This document shows positions 58,390-64,000 of a stretch of 64,000 nt of DNA, piece by piece. A model generated the notes under the pieces. That model had not been told where the DNA came from and made no database searches. It saw only the letters and a program-made list of their open reading frames with translations. Every line of letters starts with the position of its first letter. Position 1 is the first letter of the stretch. The stretch is taken from contig CBDFIJ010000004.1 of assembly GCA_965248055.1 (NCBI GenBank), forward strand, positions 2,592,001 through 2,656,000, in the 5' to 3' direction. The DNA is from Candidatus Multivoradales bacterium (lineage in GTDB: Bacteria; Acidobacteriota; Thermoanaerobaculia; Multivoradales; JAHEKO01). A program made the position numbers and the translations under genes.

Positions 58390-59255
58390 GAGCCGACTCC
58401 ATGCACGAACTTAAGAAAGGCGTCGACCGTGGCCTGTGGTGCCTCCAGTTGAGGATAATGGCCGACTCCCGATAACACCGTTAGTGGCCTGTGGGGACAA
58501 AGCTCTTGATAGCGGTCAATCATCGCTTGACCGGCCACCGGGTCAACATCGCCGGCAACCAACTGCAGCGGCACCGGGGACTCCACCGTTGCCTGTCTCC
58601 AGCGTTGCATGTGCTCAACCCGTTCGTCGAGGTAGCGACTTAGACGGTGGGCGATACGGTGCCCAGCGTCATGACTCACCAGTTGCCAGTACTGATGTAG
58701 CTCGTCCGCGGACAGCTGTGTTTCCGGCGCAAAAATGCGCGAAAAACTGGCGCGAAATCGGTTTTCATTAAGCAGCGCAGCGACCACACCGCCGATCGGG
58801 GAGCGCAGTAGCTTCTGAATCAGTCTTGGCTTGGCAGCATCAAAAAAGATCCCGCCATTGAGCAAGGTGATCGAGCGCATGTTGACCTTGCCTCGCCCCT
58901 CGATTTCGCGCGCTAGGAGCTCCTGTACCACGGTATCCCCGTAGTCATGGGCCAGAAGGTGAAGATCTTCCAATCCCAGATGGGCGACCAACGCCTCCAC
59001 TAGATCGGCCTGTTCGGCCATTGAGTAGACATGGCGACGCGGTTTGGCGGAGAAACCGAATCCCAGCAAATCCAAAGCAACGACATCGAACTGGGTTGTT
59101 AGTCGAGCCCAGATCCGGTTCCAGTCCCAGGAGGCTGTGGGGAAGCCGTGGATCAAGATCAAGGGCGGACCTGAGCCCATCCGCTGATAGAAGATCTGGC
59201 GACCGGCAAAGCCGAAGTAGCTTCCCGCCTTTTTCCATGCGTCTATGGATTGCAT
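58386..59255 (-). CDS. Alpha/beta hydrolase (epoxide hydrolase/MEST-like)
   Basis: IHGFPTASWDW, AHDYG, DPVAG, GHYPQLE. Confidence 0.9.
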   Translation of the reverse strand: MQSIDAWKKAGSYFGFAGRQIFYQRMGSGPPLILIHGFPTASWDWNRIWARLTTQFDVVALDLLGFGFSAKPRRHVYSMAEQADLVEALVAHLGLEDLHLLAHDYGDTVVQELLAREIEGRGKVNMRSITLLNGGIFFDAAKPRLIQKLLRSPIGGVVAALLNENRFRASFSRIFAPETQLSADELHQYWQLVSHDAGHRIAHRLSRYLDERVEHMQRWRQATVESPVPLQLVAGDVDPVAGQAMIDRYQELCPHRPLTVLSGVGHYPQLEAPQATVDAFLKFVHGVGS

Positions 59256-59273
59256 AGGGAGAGCATATCGAGC

Positions 59274-60536
59274 CTAGTTGTTTGCGTGCCGGAATGCCCG
59301 ACTCATTCGGTCCTGCTCCTCGTTCGAGATTCCTCGCCTTGTCGCGACCTCTCGCCAAGTCCTCACAGCCACAACAACCTCGTCGAGGATTTCTCTTGAT
59401 CGCGCGTTACTTATTCGAAAAAATGGCGCGACTGATACAACCAACTCCGAGTCCTGAGCGTTGTCACTTTCCGAAATGTTTAGAGTCAGCCCTTCGCCGT
59501 TCGGATCCGGGTTCATATCGTAGGCCGGAGCCAACTCCCAGCCGCGGTTAGTGAGAATATAGCCATGATTTCGCAGATGGTCATCGGTGTTTGAGACACA
59601 GACGAAAAACGAAATCCTACGCCACAGTTCCTCAAGGTCCTTCGCCACACTGGAACCAGACTGCATCAGGAGATCGGCTAGCTCCAGGTAGCTTGCTCCA
59701 TCGTCAGCCTTGTCGCCATCCCGCCTTTCGAGAAGCGTCATCGCCGAGGCAAAGTGAAGTCGTCTGCCCTTGCTAGTGCGATCAAAACGACGGCTCAGAA
59801 AGGTGTGATGCGGCGATCCAAATTGTTCCAGTCTCGCGCGCGCGACCTTCAGGCCGGCTCGAATTGCCAATTCGTGGACAACACTTTCCCACGCTCCCAC
59901 ATTGTTTTCGTCGCGTCGGCTGGGGAACTTGGCAATCCAGAGCTGACCGTTTGAGTCGAGCACACTAGCCTTTGGCCTCGCCCCTCCAAGTGAACCGCCT
60001 GGAGTGATCAGCATCTGCAGCCAAGAACTGTAATTTGGATGGGAGGTAGAGTCGTCCCGTTCTAACTGCGAGGCGGCATGCTGGAGTTCTCGCAATGAGG
60101 TCCACGGCGGCGCAGCAAATTCGGTGTTGTCGTCAAGAAAAGGGCCGTTGGTGCGAAACCGAAGACCTCCCATGCGGTGTCGGTCGTGGACGCCGAGGAG
60201 GTAATCTGACTCATGCAGTCTTCGATCTTTCCGCCCCTCCGCTCGCGCTCTCTGAGCCTCGCGTCGGCGCATCAACACGCGCCCCCAGCGATCGGGGCTT
60301 GAGTCCAGAAAGAGTCCGAAGTTAGCGTTGTCGGGCGATGGATACTGCGGGCCACCGTAGAGCGCAAGAGCGGGATCAAGCTGCAGATGATGCGCGTTAT
60401 CGATCCACGTTGCCTGGTACTCGAACGAGAAGATCTCTTTCCCCCGTGACAGATTGGCAGACAACCGACCCATTAAGGCCCGCTCTCCCAGACCTTGCCA
60501 GTCTGCCCATACCTCGATAACGCGTTGATTGCTCAC
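59274..60536 (-). CDS. hipA: HipA-family toxin kinase
   Basis: DSSPDRWG, SLGGARPK, WIAKFP, RRFDR, NTDDHLRNHG, LAPAYD. Confidence 0.93.
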   Translation of the reverse strand: MSNQRVIEVWADWQGLGERALMGRLSANLSRGKEIFSFEYQATWIDNAHHLQLDPALALYGGPQYPSPDNANFGLFLDSSPDRWGRVLMRRREAQRARAEGRKDRRLHESDYLLGVHDRHRMGGLRFRTNGPFLDDNTEFAAPPWTSLRELQHAASQLERDDSTSHPNYSSWLQMLITPGGSLGGARPKASVLDSNGQLWIAKFPSRRDENNVGAWESVVHELAIRAGLKVARARLEQFGSPHHTFLSRRFDRTSKGRRLHFASAMTLLERRDGDKADDGASYLELADLLMQSGSSVAKDLEELWRRISFFVCVSNTDDHLRNHGYILTNRGWELAPAYDMNPDPNGEGLTLNISESDNAQDSELVVSVAPFFRISNARSREILDEVVVAVRTWREVATRRGISNEEQDRMSRAFRHANN

Positions 60537-60853
60537 GTCGTAGGTGTCCTGGGGGCACGCTTGGGTGTAGCGAGTTTGGAGTCCTGAAGCTTCCGGCCTA
60601 GCGCGTCATCCCGCGCGATGAGGCCGAGATCAGAATGCAATCCCAAACTGTGAAGAACATTGGCATAGGCGCCAATGGTGACTCCTGCCTTGCCGCGCTC
60701 GATGGATTGGAGTGTAGTGCGAGACATGCCGCCGCGCTCGGCGAGTAGTTTCATCGACAATCCGCGGCGAAGGCGAGCAAGGTGTATGTTCTCGCCCAGT
60801 CCCTTTAGGATTCGGCCGACCGAGGGGTGTGGAGTAGAAGTTTTTCTTGCCAT
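60533..60853 (-). CDS. HipB-like XRE antitoxin
   Basis: LGENIHLARLRRGLS...SRTTLQSIERG; stop overlaps the hipA start. Confidence 0.88.
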   Translation of the reverse strand: MARKTSTPHPSVGRILKGLGENIHLARLRRGLSMKLLAERGGMSRTTLQSIERGKAGVTIGAYANVLHSLGLHSDLGLIARDDALGRKLQDSKLATPKRAPRTPTT

Positions 60854-60904
60854 AATGAACATTATTATGGACGAAAATGCCTATGTAAGTCTATTATTAT
60901 GGAC
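60850..60904 (-). promoter_or_regulatory. hipBA operator/promoter candidate
   Basis: ATTATTATGGAC repeated at 60861-60872 and 60893-60904; CCATAAT...ATTATGG inverted repeat over the start codon. Confidence 0.6.
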
Positions 60905-60921
60905 TTTATGAAGAGTGCCAC

Positions 60922-61032
60922 CCCGTGAATCAAGACTAGCTTTGCCCCGTGCCATGCACGCTGGTAGTAGATTGAGCGGCCACCAAAGTCAAAGAAGGAG
61001 CCTGATTGACGCCACTTCTCTAGAGTCAGCAC
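60922..61032 (-). pseudogene. Diverged 5' fragment of the alpha/beta hydrolase at 58386-59255
   Basis: VLTLEKWRQSGSFFDFGGRSIYYQRAWHGAKLVLIHG versus MQSIDAWKKAGSYFGFAGRQIFYQRMGSGPPLILIHG: 17/37 identical, ungapped. Confidence 0.85.
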
Positions 61033-61035
61033 TGC

Positions 61036-61296
61036 TTGAGCATATCCGCGTTGAACAACGTCACCGTGAAGAACACGCGATCCGTGGTCGAGGTGTCGGA
61101 AAGACGAGTACTGGGGAAGGCTGCAGAGCAGATTGCTTCTTTTGAAGAGGTGGTAACACGGGCACCCGCCAGCTACGTCTCGGAACAGTCGATTCGGATC
61201 CCAGACGACGCACCACCAGGCTATTACAGCTATCAAGCCGCTGTGTCTTTCGGTGAGATGAGCGACGAGTTTTCTGCTATTTTTCAAGTTCAGTAG
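61036..61296 (+). pseudogene. Probable 5'-truncated gene (Ig-like C-terminus)
   Basis: IRIPDDAPPGYYSY...FQVQ; no RBS or convincing start; stop abuts the TPR gene. Confidence 0.4.
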
Positions 61297-62385
61297 GTGA
61301 TCTTCGGGGTGCGACGATGGTTGGTAGTAGCCGCCGTGTTCTTGGCTGCAATCGCAACCACTACACTGGTAATGGCGCAGACCACTCTTTGGTCGAGCTA
61401 CATGACCAGCGGCCGCCAGGCCTTCAAACAAGGGAAATTTGGCGAGGCAGCAGACCTCTTTCGTGCCGCATCCGAGCAATTTGACGAGAGCGAATCCAGC
61501 AATAATGCCCGCTACGCTGATTCAATCTACGAGCTGGGTCGCTGTGAACGGAGGCAGGGGGAGTTGGAGGATGCGGCCGACCACCTGACGGCCGCGTTGT
61601 CCATTCTTGAGGCTGAGCGCGGTACCGGTGCGCCAGAAACCGGATCAGCGATGGTAGAACTTGCGGCCACCTATCGGGAGAGTGGGGCGCTCGATGACGC
61701 GGAGAAAGTTCTTCGTCGCGCGATGGCGATACGGGAAGCTACGGTTGCAGCGAATGATCCAGCAATGATTGAAGTGCTGGAGGAGTCAGCCTTGGTGGCG
61801 ATGGCCAGGAGCCGCTTCGCCGAAGCGGAAACTACCTACCGTCGGGTGCTGGCAGTGGCAAGTGCTATCTATCCTGCCGATTCTCCGGACCAGGCACAGG
61901 TACTGGTGCGGATGGCTGATATTTACCATGCACAACAAAAGTACGATCGGGCGTTGCCTCTACTACGCAAGGCACAGGGCAGCTTGGTAGAGGATCAACA
62001 GGGTTCGGTACTGGCTGCAATTGCTCAAATCCACCGCGAGCGGGATGAGCTTGAGCAGGCCGAGGCGTATTTTGGCCAAGCTGTCGCAGCCTACGGATTG
62101 AAGAGTAAACTGAGCGGAGAAAGCGCCGAGATCTCATATCGACTGGCTGATTTGTTGCGCCAGCAAGATCGATATGAAGAAGCAGAGCCGCATTTCGAGA
62201 ATGCCTTAAACGAGGCACTGGCTGTCTACGGCAAGGGCTCACGCAAGCTGGTGCCGATCTTGGAGGACTACTCGAGTTTGTTTTGGCGGACCGGTCGCAA
62301 GCTCAAGGCGACCAAGCTTCAGGCCCGAGCTCAGTTCCTGCGAACGCGCAAAGACAAAGACAAAGACAATAAGAAGAAAGACTAA
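61297..62385 (+). CDS. Exported tetratricopeptide-repeat protein
   Basis: Signal peptide and repeated LA..Y...G.Y.EAE..Y..AL units. Confidence 0.88.
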   Translation: MIFGVRRWLVVAAVFLAAIATTTLVMAQTTLWSSYMTSGRQAFKQGKFGEAADLFRAASEQFDESESSNNARYADSIYELGRCERRQGELEDAADHLTAALSILEAERGTGAPETGSAMVELAATYRESGALDDAEKVLRRAMAIREATVAANDPAMIEVLEESALVAMARSRFAEAETTYRRVLAVASAIYPADSPDQAQVLVRMADIYHAQQKYDRALPLLRKAQGSLVEDQQGSVLAAIAQIHRERDELEQAEAYFGQAVAAYGLKSKLSGESAEISYRLADLLRQQDRYEEAEPHFENALNEALAVYGKGSRKLVPILEDYSSLFWRTGRKLKATKLQARAQFLRTRKDKDKDNKKKD

Positions 62386-62572
62386 TCCCTTCGTCCCGCG
62401 AACAGTTGGACAGCCTAGTTGCCGAAGAGTGCTCTGTGAATGTCCACAAATGAGGACAATCCTCAACAGTATAAGTTGAGATAAGGAATATCTAAGTCTT
62501 ATCGAATCAGCTTGTTAATCATCTTGGAATGAGGTTTGCCGTTTCTACTGTCATGACCGAAAGGAGGTCACC

Positions 62573-63268
62573 ATGAAACGCACCCTCATTTTCACCGCAA
62601 CCGCCGCCGCTCTGTTGATTCCGAGCACTCAGGCTAGTGCCTCCCCGTATCGTGGGGAGCAGACGATTCGTTCATTGGCTTACGACGTCGAATACGCCAG
62701 TAAGCATTTGTCTCAGTCCGCGGAGCGATACGCCGATCACGGTGACAACCGTGAAGCCGAGGCGTTGGATCGACTCTATGAAGTCCATCGGAGTGCCAGG
62801 CACTTTCGCCATGAGCTCCAGCGCTCGCACTATTGGCGTGGTCATTTGGGCCGCGACTTGGATCGGCTGCGCCGCGCTTATCGTGAAGCGCACTACAGCC
62901 GTCAGGATCTGCACGGCTTTCGCCACGTGGACCGCGATTTCTACCGTCTCAGCGCGACCATGAGGAGTTTGGAAGCAGCGGTTGGTGGTTGGTATCGTCA
63001 CTACGGTTACCAGCCCTACAGGTCCTACGGATCGGGTATCCATATCACTTTGGGCCACAGGGACTATGGACATCGCAACCGTGGTCACTACGATCGAAAT
63101 CGACGTGACCACAAACGGCGCTACGACTCCCACCGTGGCCATCGCAAGAACGACCGCCGCTACTACCAGGGCAAGAAACACAACGGGTCACATCGCGGCA
63201 AGGGTCACTACGACAAGCGCGACCGCCATCGCCGTGGATCGGCGACAGGCACCAGACCTAGTCGCTGA
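62573..63268 (+). CDS. Secreted His/Arg/Tyr-rich protein
   Basis: GAAAGGAGG RBS, signal peptide ending ASA, helical domain then low-complexity H/R/Y/D/G tail. Confidence 0.8.
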   Translation: MKRTLIFTATAAALLIPSTQASASPYRGEQTIRSLAYDVEYASKHLSQSAERYADHGDNREAEALDRLYEVHRSARHFRHELQRSHYWRGHLGRDLDRLRRAYREAHYSRQDLHGFRHVDRDFYRLSATMRSLEAAVGGWYRHYGYQPYRSYGSGIHITLGHRDYGHRNRGHYDRNRRDHKRRYDSHRGHRKNDRRYYQGKKHNGSHRGKGHYDKRDRHRRGSATGTRPSR

Positions 63269-63290
63269 CAGTCCGACAACCACAACTATC

Positions 63291-63320
63291 AAGGCCGCCG
63301 GGAAACCGGCGGCCCTTTTT
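63291..63320 (+). terminator. Rho-independent terminator between convergent genes
   Basis: GGCCGCCGG-GAAA-CCGGCGGCC-CTTTTT. Confidence 0.85.
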
Positions 63321-63336
63321 CGTTGGCGCGATTGTT

Positions 63337-64000
63337 CTAGAACGCGAGTCTCAGGGACATAGTCAGATCACGGCCCGGCAACGGCGATTCGTTTTTCAAG
63401 AATGAGATGTGGTTGCGGGCCACTTGGTCGGTCAAGTTGCGCCCGCGGACAAGTAGGTCGATCACCATCGCTTCGGACATCCAGCGATAGCCCATGGAGG
63501 CGTTGATCATTGAGTAGCCTTGGGTGGCAGTCTCGTTGTCCGCGATGTGGTCTTGGTCAGCGATCTCCCTCCACCGCAGATGCCCACCCCAGGCGCCGCG
63601 GTGGTAGTCGAGCCCCAGAGAAACAGAGGCTGGTGGAATGCGTGGCAGATCGGACCCTAGATCGAGTTCTCCTCGAACCCAGTCGGTGGTTACCTCCAGG
63701 TCGAGGTGTTGCTTGCCATCGTCAACCAGTTCCACCGCACCCTCCAGCTCTCCGCCGGTAAAGGTCGCATCTGCTTGGGACCAAAGGGAAAGCGACAGGC
63801 CGTCTGTAACGTCCCCGGTTATCGATTGGAAGATGAAGTCGTCGAATTGGTTGTGAAATAGCCGCAGCTCGCCGCTGAACCGACTGCCTTGACGGCGCAA
63901 GAAGAGGTCGGTTCCCAGGCTGATCTCCTCGGTGAGATAGAGGTTGCCGACTTCGAAGGACTGGGTGGCAAAGTGTGGACCGTTGGAGAACAGCTCTTCA
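63337..64000 (-). CDS. TonB-dependent receptor, C-terminal part (ZnuD-like); runs off the window
   Basis: ELFSNGPHFATQSFEVG, LPRIPP, ETATQGY, NLTDQVARNHISFLK...PGR, terminal F. Confidence 0.85.
   Translation of the reverse strand, partial: EELFSNGPHFATQSFEVGNLYLTEEISLGTDLFLRRQGSRFSGELRLFHNQFDDFIFQSITGDVTDGLSLSLWSQADATFTGGELEGAVELVDDGKQHLDLEVTTDWVRGELDLGSDLPRIPPASVSLGLDYHRGAWGGHLRWREIADQDHIADNETATQGYSMINASMGYRWMSEAMVIDLLVRGRNLTDQVARNHISFLKNESPLPGRDLTMSLRLAF

Noticed and set aside
60865-61479. 204-aa minus-strand ORF as a real gene
   Set aside because: Only its 37-codon hydrolase-like part is meaningful; the rest is antisense to the TPR gene and its upstream fragment.

Overview
Bacterial chromosome window with a GC-rich core and several accessory patches. 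The lineage cannot be fixed from sequence alone; the gene content is compatible with a Gram-negative environmental organism such as an acidobacterium (inference). From left to right: (1) 1-10788 is the distal end of a genomic island. It ends at a 3' fragment of tRNA-Sec and carries a large serine recombinase and a complete SdpC/SdpA/SdpB/SdpI-type peptide-toxin cluster with two extra genes. (2) A RamB/ScfR-like regulator faces aceB-aceA (glyoxylate shunt). (3) An intact IS481-family element with a 5-bp target duplication. (4) A seven-gene reductive pyrimidine degradation operon. (5) A decayed resolvase patch. (6) A di-haem oxidoreductase coupled to a secreted protein with an in-frame UGA followed by a SECIS-like hairpin; this candidate new selenoprotein is the best finding. 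(7) An MtrA/MtrB-type decahaem conduit with NapC/NirT and monohaem cytochromes. (8) A four-gene membrane protein/DUF2235/MBL/DUF6119 cassette. (9) A ppk2-ppk2-nifJ-DHOD-like-pdxH-tnaA run. (10) hipBA, a TPR protein, a His-rich protein and the end of a TonB-dependent receptor. A recurring pattern is that three cargo patches each sit between an intact gene and a diverged, decayed copy of the end of that same gene (hydA 3', mtrB 3' plus terminator, hydrolase 5'). Family assignments come from motif recognition only; no searches were run.
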